Assembly (NCBI GenBank): GCA_964399525.1
Contig: CAYNRF010000001.1
Location: 2,125 to 50,844 of the forward strand
Source of the DNA: an uncultured Phycisphaeraceae bacterium
Lineage (GTDB): Bacteria; Planctomycetota; Phycisphaerae; Phycisphaerales; UBA1924
Direction of reading: 5' to 3'
Length of the DNA: 48,720 nucleotides
Numbering within the stretch: the first letter of the stretch is position 1; each line of letters opens with the position of its first letter. Position numbers and translations under genes: made by a program. Shown one piece after another: positions 26,064 to 33,823 of the stretch. Below the pieces are notes generated by a model. That model ran no database searches, was not told the origin of the DNA, and was given only the letters and a program-made list of their open reading frames with translations.

Positions 26064-26990
26064 TTATCGGATTTCGGGCACCGCCACCCAGGCGCCGTCC
26101 TGGGCGATCGAGCGGTTGCCCGCCTCCATCACGGCGACGTTTTCCACAATGTCGCGCAGCGGCGCCGGGGGCTCTCCACCTTCGAAGAACCGGACCATGC
26201 CGGCCACGAGGCGGGTGTAGACGGGGGCGAAGTCGACCACGAACTGCTGGACCCCCTTCTCCCCGTGCACGGTCGCGCCGAAGGCCCAGGACGCCCTGCG
26301 ATCCATCCGGATCCGGACGTACCGGCCGTCCCGGTACTCCATGTCCAGCAGGTGGCGGTCCGGCATGGCGACGGCCGACACCCGCGCCACGCCCGCCCCT
26401 TGCCCGGAACGGCGGAAGATCGCGTCCACCATCTCGATCGAATGACACCCGTAGTGCCAGAGGTGCGGCATCATGTCCAGCAGTTCCCCGTTGCCGAACG
26501 CGTCGATCGCCACGATCGGTCCCAGCGCGGCGAAGTCGAGCTTCTCGATCTCCTCGACGAAACGCAGCGACGACGCGCTGTACGCCCGGGCATTGGCCGA
26601 GCGGGCCTTCTCCAGCAGCACCCGGGCCTGGTCCAGCGAGCAGGTCATCGGCTTGTCGATGTAGGTCGGCATGCCGCGATCGAGTGATGGGCTGGCCAGT
26701 TCGAGGTGCCGGTGACCGTTGATGTTCAGAACCATGACGCCATTGACCTTCGAGAGCAGCTCATCGATCGAGCCGACCTGCTGCGCCCCCAGTTCGATCG
26801 CGCGGGACTTCCAGGACTCGACATCCTTGCGGCTCTGCTCCGGGCCGTCGGGGTGCTGCCACTCGTGCTTGCCGGGGTCGAAGAAGTGCGTGACACGACA
26901 GGCGGTCCTGCCCGCGTCGTGCAACTCCTTGATGCGGCGGGTGAACTCGGGCAGGTGGGACGAGTCGATGCCGATGGCGCCGATGTTCAT
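26064..26990 (-). CDS. Gfo/Idh/MocA-family oxidoreductase (divergent N-terminal Rossmann motif)
   Basis: 308 aa. MNIGAIGIDSSHLPEF... and YIDKPMTCSL correspond to the family EKP-like motif. AGGAGA lies 8 nt upstream of the ATG. Confidence 0.8.
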   Translation of the reverse strand: MNIGAIGIDSSHLPEFTRRIKELHDAGRTACRVTHFFDPGKHEWQHPDGPEQSRKDVESWKSRAIELGAQQVGSIDELLSKVNGVMVLNINGHRHLELASPSLDRGMPTYIDKPMTCSLDQARVLLEKARSANARAYSASSLRFVEEIEKLDFAALGPIVAIDAFGNGELLDMMPHLWHYGCHSIEMVDAIFRRSGQGAGVARVSAVAMPDRHLLDMEYRDGRYVRIRMDRRASWAFGATVHGEKGVQQFVVDFAPVYTRLVAGMVRFFEGGEPPAPLRDIVENVAVMEAGNRSIAQDGAWVAVPEIR

Positions 26991-27112
26991 GACGGACGGT
27001 CTCCTGAGGGGGGCGATGCAGGGGTGTGGGGCCGGGGAACCGAAAGGTACTGGGGGATCTTGGAGATGATGGGGCGGCCGGCGAGGTTGGCAGTGGTGGG
27101 GTGGACGGGAGC

Positions 27113-27139
27113 GGGGGGCGGGGGGCGGGGGCGGGGGGG
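27113..27139 (+). repeat. G-quadruplex-type G-tract array (G6-C-G6-C-G5-C-G7) on the template strand of an operon spacer
   Basis: Read directly from the sequence: GGGGGGCGGGGGGCGGGGGCGGGGGGG. It lies inside the 163-nt spacer 26991-27153, which is strongly C-rich and G-poor on the transcribed (minus) sense. Confidence 0.7.
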
Positions 27140-27153
27140 AGTGACCGGGACGG

Positions 27154-28182
27154 CTACCACTTCGGTGTGACCGGGGATCCGGAGGCGGCGCTCTGACGCT
27201 CGGCCTCGATGAGCCGGGTCACCGCCAGGGCATCGTCGAGGGTGGGCAGGCCGTCGCGGGGACCGCCCGCGGCCGCGGCCACCACGGCGCGGGCCTGCAT
27301 GTCGTACCCGGACTCGGCCGGCAGCGGTGCAGGGGTCGCCTCGCCCCCCGCGTGCAAGGTCATCGCGGGGCTGCGTGAGGAGTCGAACGCGACGACGCCC
27401 CGTTCGAACTCGACCGTGAACGCCATGCGGAAGGGAAAGGACCGGTCGTTGAGCCAGCCGCCCTCGGTCTGGACGGCCGGGCCGCCCGCGTAGCACATCT
27501 GCGTGGCGATGTGGTGGTCGTCACCGATCGACCGGACGGAGTCGGGCCGGCCGAACAGCGACAGGGCGAAATCGGCGTCGTGCACGTGCAGATCGAAGAT
27601 CGCGCCGCCGCTGCGGGCCGGGTCCGCGTAGAAGTCGCCGGCCCAGGCCGGGGGGGCTCCCAGGCGTTCGAAACGGGCGTGCACGACGCGGCCGTAACGT
27701 TCGTCGGCGATCATCGACCGCAGGTCCGACCAGCCGGGCCAATGGCGCACGCACATCGCCGGGACGCAGAGAAGGTCGGTCCGCGCCGCCCGCTCGGCGA
27801 GCATGCGGATCGGCGGGAGGGTGACGGCGACGGGCTTCTCGACCAGCACGTGCTTGCCCGCGTCGAGCGCCCGCAGCGCCAGATCCACGTGGGAATCCGT
27901 GTGGGTGCAGATGCTCACCAGATGGATGGATCGGTCGGCGAGCAGTGCTTCCGGCTCGGCGTACCCGGCGACCTCGGCCGGGTCGAACAGGCGGTCTTCG
28001 GCGGCGCCGGGCCCGATGTTGCCCGCCCCGGTCGCCCGGCCCGTCCGTCGGTCCGGGTCCCGGTCGCAGACGGCGCGGAGCACGCAGGGCGAACCCGAGG
28101 CCGCGGCCGCCAAATAGGCCCGGGTGTGGGTCTGGCCCATGAAACCCATGCCGATCACGCCGATGCCGATGGTGCCGCTCAT
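27154..28182 (-). CDS. Gfo/Idh/MocA-family oxidoreductase
   Basis: 342 aa from ATG 28182 (MSGTIGIGVIGMGFMGQTHTRAY...HVLVEKPVA). The ATG overlaps the upstream TGA (ATGA at 28179-28182). Tracked ORF 27154-28887 overruns. Confidence 0.88.
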   Translation of the reverse strand: MSGTIGIGVIGMGFMGQTHTRAYLAAAASGSPCVLRAVCDRDPDRRTGRATGAGNIGPGAAEDRLFDPAEVAGYAEPEALLADRSIHLVSICTHTDSHVDLALRALDAGKHVLVEKPVAVTLPPIRMLAERAARTDLLCVPAMCVRHWPGWSDLRSMIADERYGRVVHARFERLGAPPAWAGDFYADPARSGGAIFDLHVHDADFALSLFGRPDSVRSIGDDHHIATQMCYAGGPAVQTEGGWLNDRSFPFRMAFTVEFERGVVAFDSSRSPAMTLHAGGEATPAPLPAESGYDMQARAVVAAAAGGPRDGLPTLDDALAVTRLIEAERQSAASGSPVTPKW

Positions 28183-29015
28183 GTGTGCTCGATCCATTCC
28201 ACGGACGAACGGACCAGCGCCGCGGCGGTCCGGACATCCTCGACCCGCTGCTCGCCCGCCTCCCGCTCGATCACCAGGTCGCAGTCGCTCAGACGCTGGC
28301 GGACGATGGCAAAGAAACGCGCCCAGTCCACCGCGCCGGTCCCCGCCGGGACTTCCCGGCCCCAGCTCCCCGGGACCGGCGTGTACAGGGCGTCCTTGAT
28401 GTGGATCTGCTCGACGCGCGGGGCGAGCTTGGTCAGCGCCTCGACCGGGTCGCCCATGTTGTACAGGATCATGTTGGCCGGATCGAAGTTGATGCCCACG
28501 GTGGGCCGGTCGAGCGCGTCGAGCGCTTCGAGCAGCGTGCCGGCGTCCTCCTGGCCCGTCTCCAGCGCCACGCGGACGCCGCAGCCGTGGAACACGTCCG
28601 CCAGATCCCGCAGGCGGTGGATCAGCTTGTCCCACTCCGGATCCTGGCGATCGTGGGGGATGAAGCCCGCGTGGAAGGTGACGAGGTTGACGCCGATGCG
28701 TGCCGCCAGCTCGGCGTCGCGTCGCGCCGCGGCCAGATTCTCGGGCCAGGTGCGGTCCGGGCGGACGCCGCCGGTCTCCCGGATGGTGTCGAGCGTGGAG
28801 TAGTCCTCTCCCGCGGTGGCCATCATGCCGGAGACGATCTCGATGCCGGCCCCGTCGAGCAGCGACACGGTTTCGATCTCGTCCCATTCACCGGTGCGCA
28901 CCGGGTCGAGGGCCAGCTGCACGGCGGAGAGGCCGCACTGCCTGATCTTGGCCACGAGATCGCCCGGCGAGGTCGGGCGCAGCGACCACGAGCACACGCC
29001 CAGCGCCGCGCTCAA
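28179..29015 (-). CDS. Sugar phosphate isomerase/epimerase (xylose-isomerase-like TIM barrel)
   Basis: About 278 aa. VNLVTFHAGF, RVALETGQE, GINFDPANM and IHIKDA are the metal-ligand blocks of the AP_endonuc_2 fold. The proposed TTG start at 29015 overlaps the nagB TGA (TTGA). The start is not certain. Confidence 0.8.
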   Translation of the reverse strand: MSAALGVCSWSLRPTSPGDLVAKIRQCGLSAVQLALDPVRTGEWDEIETVSLLDGAGIEIVSGMMATAGEDYSTLDTIRETGGVRPDRTWPENLAAARRDAELAARIGVNLVTFHAGFIPHDRQDPEWDKLIHRLRDLADVFHGCGVRVALETGQEDAGTLLEALDALDRPTVGINFDPANMILYNMGDPVEALTKLAPRVEQIHIKDALYTPVPGSWGREVPAGTGAVDWARFFAIVRQRLSDCDLVIEREAGEQRVEDVRTAAALVRSSVEWIEHT

Positions 29016-31054
29016 CGCCCGGCTCCCGTCTGGGCGAGGGGCTTGATCTCCGCGGCGGACGCGGCCTCGTCCAGCGATCCGTCGGCGGCGCTGGGCTTCC
29101 AGGTCACGAACCCTTCGATGGCCTGGTACTCGGGCAGGCCCAGGGCGTCGTAGAGCTCGGCGGTGGCCCGGTTGCGATCCTCGGCCCGTTCCCAGAACTC
29201 TCGCGGGTCGTTGGGGCCCGGGAACAGAGCGCGGTCCTTCTGGCTCTGGTGCTTGAAGATCGCCATGCGCTTGCGGTCCACCTCGTCGGGCGACAGGGGC
29301 ACCGCCATCTCGATGTCCTCGGCGCCCCATTCCTGCCACGCGCCGCGGTACAGCCACACGGTGCAGTCCTTCATCCACGCCTCGTCACGCAGCCGGTGCA
29401 GCGCCGTGGTGATCGCCGCCAGGCACACCCGGTGCGTTCCGTGCGGGTCGGACAGATCGCCCGCCGCGTAGACCTGATGGGGCTTGACGCTGCGCAGCAG
29501 GTCCGTCACGATCCGGATATCGTCCTCGCCCAGCGGCTTCTTCTTGACCTTGCCGGTCTCGTAGAAGGGCATGTCCAGGAAGTGGATGTTCTCCGCCTTG
29601 ACGCCCGAGTACTTCGCGCCCGCGCGTGCCTCGGCCCGCCGGATCAGGCCCTTGATGGTCTGGATCTCGGCCGAGTCGACCTCGCCGGGCTCCTTGTCGC
29701 GGATGAAGTCCTGCACGCGACCGGTCAGCGCCGTGATCTGTTCGACCGCAATTCCCAAAGCGTTGGAGAGCTCCTGGGTAAAGTCGGCGAACTTGGCGGC
29801 TTCGTCGTCGAAGACGGCGATGTTGCCGCTGGTCTGGTAGGCGACGTGCACCTCGTGCCCCTGGTCGCACAGGCGGATGAAGGTGCCGCCCATCGAGATG
29901 ACGTCGTCGTCGGGGTGCGGGCTGAACACGATCACCCGCTTGGGGAACACGTCGTCGGTCCGCGTGTCGTCGATGCCCTTGCCGGGGACGAACATCGGAC
30001 GCCCCGGCTTGCCGCCGGGCCAGCCGGTGATGGTTTTCTGGAGGTTCTTGAACACCTCGATGTTCACCTGATACGCCCCGCCGCGCGCGGCGACCAGCTC
30101 CTGCAGTCCGTGCTCGTTGTAGTCCTCGTTGGTCAGCTTGAGGATGGGCTTCTTGAGCGAGCGCGCCAGCCAGATCACCGCCCGCTTGACGAGCCGGGCG
30201 TCCTCCCACGAATGGCCGAACCGCTTGACCGGGCCGAGCAGCCAGGGGGTCTTGAAGCGGGTCAGTTCCGCCGCGGCCGCCTCGTCGAGCACGAAGCGGG
30301 CGTTGGGATGCTCCTGGAGGAACGAGGCGGCGACCGTGTTGGTGATCTCGCCCTCGACCGCGCGGCGGACGATCGGCGCCTTGTGCTCGCCGAAGGCCAT
30401 CAGCACCACCCGCTTGGCATCGAGGATGGAGCCCACACCCATGGTGATCGCCTGGTGCGGCACGTTCCACTCGCCGAAGAAGTCGCTGGCCGCGTCCATC
30501 CGCGTGACCTTGTCCAGCGTGATCAGGCGGGTGCGGCTGTCCTTGCTCGAGCCGGGCTCGTTGAAGCCGACGTGGCCCGTCCGGCCGATGCCCAGCAGCT
30601 GCAGGTCCAGACCGCCGGCATCAGCGATCGCCTTCTCGTAGCGCTCGCAGTACGCGTCGACATCGTCACGCGGGATCGTGCCGTCGGGCACGTGGGCGTT
30701 CTTCGGGTCAATGTCCACGTGGTCGAACAGGTGCTCGCGCATGAAGCGGCGGTAGCTCTGCAGCTCGTCCGGGCCCATCGGCCAGTACTCGTCGAGGTTG
30801 AAGCTGATCACGTCGCGGAACGACAGCCCTTCCTCGCGGTGCAGCCGGACCAGTTCGTCGTAGACGGCCTGGGGGGTCGACCCGGTCGCCAGACCCAGCA
30901 CGGTCTTCTCGCCGCGGGCGGACTTGGCGCGGATCAGCTCGGCGATCTCGCGGGCCACGGCCCGCGAGGCGGAGCTGGAAGAGGCATAAACGGTGACGGG
31001 GACGCGCTCGGGGGCGTGCCCGGTCGCGTGTGCGGCGTGGTCAGATCCGATCAC
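29012..31054 (-). CDS. nagB: Glucosamine-6-phosphate deaminase (NagB) fused to an LmbE/PIG-L-type N-deacetylase domain
   Basis: 680 aa. The N-terminal half has VLGLATGSTP, FNLDEY and LLGIGRTGHVGFNEPGS (NagB). The C-terminal half has VIVFSPHPDDDVISMGGT...HEVHVAYQTSG (PIG-L/LmbE zinc deacetylase motif). Confidence 0.9.
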   Translation of the reverse strand: MIGSDHAAHATGHAPERVPVTVYASSSSASRAVAREIAELIRAKSARGEKTVLGLATGSTPQAVYDELVRLHREEGLSFRDVISFNLDEYWPMGPDELQSYRRFMREHLFDHVDIDPKNAHVPDGTIPRDDVDAYCERYEKAIADAGGLDLQLLGIGRTGHVGFNEPGSSKDSRTRLITLDKVTRMDAASDFFGEWNVPHQAITMGVGSILDAKRVVLMAFGEHKAPIVRRAVEGEITNTVAASFLQEHPNARFVLDEAAAAELTRFKTPWLLGPVKRFGHSWEDARLVKRAVIWLARSLKKPILKLTNEDYNEHGLQELVAARGGAYQVNIEVFKNLQKTITGWPGGKPGRPMFVPGKGIDDTRTDDVFPKRVIVFSPHPDDDVISMGGTFIRLCDQGHEVHVAYQTSGNIAVFDDEAAKFADFTQELSNALGIAVEQITALTGRVQDFIRDKEPGEVDSAEIQTIKGLIRRAEARAGAKYSGVKAENIHFLDMPFYETGKVKKKPLGEDDIRIVTDLLRSVKPHQVYAAGDLSDPHGTHRVCLAAITTALHRLRDEAWMKDCTVWLYRGAWQEWGAEDIEMAVPLSPDEVDRKRMAIFKHQSQKDRALFPGPNDPREFWERAEDRNRATAELYDALGLPEYQAIEGFVTWKPSAADGSLDEAASAAEIKPLAQTGAGR

Positions 31055-31176
31055 GGGTCTCTCCCTCGGAGACGGTGTCAGAACCCGGCGGGCGCGATGC
31101 CTTGGGTAAAATCCCCGCGTCCAACTTCTTGGTCACGGGGCTTCTTCGGATCGGGGAGGGATTGCACCGATCCTCG

Positions 31177-31196
31177 AAAGATTATATAACCTTACT
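31177..31196 (-). promoter_or_regulatory. AT-only motif (minus strand GGTTATATAATCTTTCG), candidate internal promoter -10 for nagB
   Basis: It contains TATAAT. It overlaps the stop codon (TAA, 31182-31184) of the upstream Gfo gene. It matches 37250-37265 at 14 of 16 positions. It lies about 125 nt upstream of ATG 31054. Confidence 0.35.
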
Positions 31197-32189
31197 GGCT
31201 CGGGCGGCGTTGTCAACCGCCTCGGCCGCACCAAGCCCGTCCCGGGCGTCTGCCAGGTCTCCGCGGGGCGTCTCCCCGCGGGCGGCCCTGGCAAAGTGGG
31301 CAAGCTGTCGGGAGAAGCGGACCTCGTGAGACTCGACCTGGATCACCTCGGGCTGCCCGATGCCGGGCCGGTACACCAGCTCGGTGGGCTTCATGTAGTC
31401 GTAGTGCAGGGAGCCGTTGGTGCCGATCAGGTCGACGGTGAACCGCTCGGGCTCGAGCCATCCGGCCAGGATGACCCCGGCCACACCGGCGTGCTTGCCT
31501 TCCGAGGCCTTGACCAGCACGGTGGCGCTCGATTCGCCTCGCCCGTTCCAGTCGTAGTCGTACACCGAACCGACCACCTCGGCCGGGCCGACCAGGTAAC
31601 GGAACAGGTCCAGCGAGTGGCAGCCGGTGTCGATGAACGAGCCGCCCCCGGACACGGCCGGATCGGACATCCACCGCTCGGCCATGGGCGGGTGGTGGAA
31701 CGCGAAGGCGTTCTCGAACCGCGAGAGACGCCCGATCTTGCCGGACGCGACCAGCTTCTTCATCTCCACGATGGGCGGCGCGAAGCGGTGGCAGTAGGCG
31801 ATGCCGAACAGCGTCGCGGGGTGCGCGTCGGCGATCTCGACGATGCGGGCGGCATCCTCGGGGTTCGACGCCAGCGGCTTTTCGGCCAGCACCGCGATGC
31901 CGCGCTGCAGGGCGTGGCGGATCGGCTCGACCCGGACGGTGGGGGGGGTGCAAAGCACCACGCCGTCCAGCTTCAGGTCGCCCCCGTCGACCGCCCGGAA
32001 CAGGTCGTCCGTCGAGGCGAACGCCTTGGCGCCGTGCTGCTCGGCGAGTTTGGCGGCGGCCTGCGCGTTCGGATCGACGACGGCGACGATCCGCACGAGG
32101 CCGCCCGAGTCCTTGGCGGCCGCCGAGTGGGCGTTGGAAATGCCTCCGGCACCGATGACGCCGAGGGCGAAAGATCCGTTGTTGCTCAT
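31182..32189 (-). CDS. Gfo/Idh/MocA-family oxidoreductase
   Basis: 335 aa. Motifs LGVIGAGGISNAH, VLCTPP and AVLAEKPLA. Confidence 0.9.
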   Translation of the reverse strand: MSNNGSFALGVIGAGGISNAHSAAAKDSGGLVRIVAVVDPNAQAAAKLAEQHGAKAFASTDDLFRAVDGGDLKLDGVVLCTPPTVRVEPIRHALQRGIAVLAEKPLASNPEDAARIVEIADAHPATLFGIAYCHRFAPPIVEMKKLVASGKIGRLSRFENAFAFHHPPMAERWMSDPAVSGGGSFIDTGCHSLDLFRYLVGPAEVVGSVYDYDWNGRGESSATVLVKASEGKHAGVAGVILAGWLEPERFTVDLIGTNGSLHYDYMKPTELVYRPGIGQPEVIQVESHEVRFSRQLAHFARAARGETPRGDLADARDGLGAAEAVDNAARASKVI

Positions 32190-32272
32190 GTCTTACACCA
32201 TCCGGGCGATGCCCGGTGTCAGAACTCCTCCGCGGAAGGCCGATGCCCCCGCCGTGCTTGAAGGGTAGACGC

Positions 32273-33769
32273 ATGCTGGACCGATTCGTCAAGTTGATGT
32301 TCCTGGCCGCCTGCCTGGCGGCCCCCGCGGGTTGCGGGGCCCCGGCCCGGGCCGAGTCGCCCGCTCCCCCGACCGCGCCCGCCGAGGTCCGGGGCGTGTG
32401 GCTGACCACCACCGCCAACGACCACATCGCCAGCGAGGCCGACACGGCCCGGACCATGCGCCGCCTCCGCGAGATCGGCCTGAACACCGTCTACGTGGAA
32501 GCGTGGAAGAACGGCTACACGCAGTACCCCTCCGAGGTCCTCCGCCGGGTGATCGGCGTGGACCGCCGACCCGCGCTCATCAAACAGGATCCCGGCGACC
32601 CCGACCGCGCCGTCGAGGCCCGCGATCTGCTGGGCGAGACGGTGCTCGAAGCGCATCGCAACGGGCTGCTGATCATCGGCTGGTTCGAGTACGGCTTCAT
32701 GGCCGCCCACAAGGACACCCAGAACCACCTGCGCGAGATGTACCCGCACTGGCTCAGCCGGGACAAGGACGGCAACGAGGTGGCCCCCAACGGCTTCGTC
32801 TGGATGAACCCGCTTCACCCGGAAACGCGCCGCCTGCTCCTCGATCTGATCCTCGAGGCCGTGGACCGGTACGACCTGGACGGCGTGCAGCTCGACGACC
32901 GGATCGTCTGGCCCTACTACACGATGGGGTACGACGACTTCACGGTGGCCTGGTACCGCAACGAGCACGCCGGGGCGGCCCCGCCCGCCGACCCGCGGGA
33001 TCCGGAGTGGATGCGCTGGCGTGCGGACAAGGTCAACGAGTACGCCCGCCAGTTCGTCCGAGAACTCCGCGAAGCGCGGCCCGGCCTGATCGTCTCGCTC
33101 AGCCCCGCGCCCTATCCGTGGTGCTGGGAGAACTATCTGCTCGAGTGGCCCAAGTGGGCGGCCTGGCAGCCGGGAAACGACAAGAACATGTGGTGGGATG
33201 AGTTCATCCCCCAGTGCTACCGCTACAGCTGGCCGGCGTTCAAGGCGACCTGGGATCAGCAGGTCGGGAACCTCCGGGACGCGGGGGCCGAAAACAGGGT
33301 CAAGGACATGCTCGCCGGGGTGCTGACCACCGGCAGCCAGCCCGACCCGGTGCCCTGGGAAGACCTGCGTCAGTCCGTCGAGTACGTGCGCGCCACCGGC
33401 GGCGGGGGCCACGTGTGGTGGTTCAGCCGTGGTGTGCTGGACGTCTATCCCAACGAGATGGCTGCGTTTTATGACGTTGAATCCCGTGGTCGGGCGCCGC
33501 ATCCGATGCGTCCCGCCGACTGGCGACCGGCCCCGATCGTGATCGAGGGCCGCCCGGACGGGGCGGTGCATGTCTTCCCCATGCGGGATGTCCCCCCGGG
33601 CCGCTACCGCGTCATCCGGCATGCCGCGGACGGGCCCGCGGCGGACGACACCTGGTCGATCGATGTCCGGCCCGGAGCCGCCGACATCCGCCTGCCACGC
33701 AGCGTCGAGCGGATCGAGCTGCTGGCCGATCGCCGCCCGGCCATGATGAGTTATCCGCCCAGTCCGTGA
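32273..33769 (+). CDS. GHL10 (PF02638/DUF187; YngK/DigH-like) glycosyl hydrolase lipoprotein
   Basis: Start ATG 32273 (MLDRFVKLMFLAACLAAPAGC lipobox). VRGVWLTT...LREIGLNTVYVEAWKNGYTQYPS and DGVQLDDRIVWP are typical of the GHL10 TIM barrel. Confidence 0.85.
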   Translation: MLDRFVKLMFLAACLAAPAGCGAPARAESPAPPTAPAEVRGVWLTTTANDHIASEADTARTMRRLREIGLNTVYVEAWKNGYTQYPSEVLRRVIGVDRRPALIKQDPGDPDRAVEARDLLGETVLEAHRNGLLIIGWFEYGFMAAHKDTQNHLREMYPHWLSRDKDGNEVAPNGFVWMNPLHPETRRLLLDLILEAVDRYDLDGVQLDDRIVWPYYTMGYDDFTVAWYRNEHAGAAPPADPRDPEWMRWRADKVNEYARQFVRELREARPGLIVSLSPAPYPWCWENYLLEWPKWAAWQPGNDKNMWWDEFIPQCYRYSWPAFKATWDQQVGNLRDAGAENRVKDMLAGVLTTGSQPDPVPWEDLRQSVEYVRATGGGGHVWWFSRGVLDVYPNEMAAFYDVESRGRAPHPMRPADWRPAPIVIEGRPDGAVHVFPMRDVPPGRYRVIRHAADGPAADDTWSIDVRPGAADIRLPRSVERIELLADRRPAMMSYPPSP

Positions 33770-33823
33770 GCCATCCGCCCGATGAGGACCGAACGCAACA
33801 CCGAACCGACCCGAGAGGCCCCG

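Noticed and set aside
31201-31225. Perfect TTGACA on the minus strand upstream of the TATAAT at 31177-31196, as a -35 box.
   Set aside because: The spacing to TATAAT is 24 nt, too long for a sigma70-type promoter (17 +/- 1). It also lies inside the Gfo coding sequence. It is probably coincidental.
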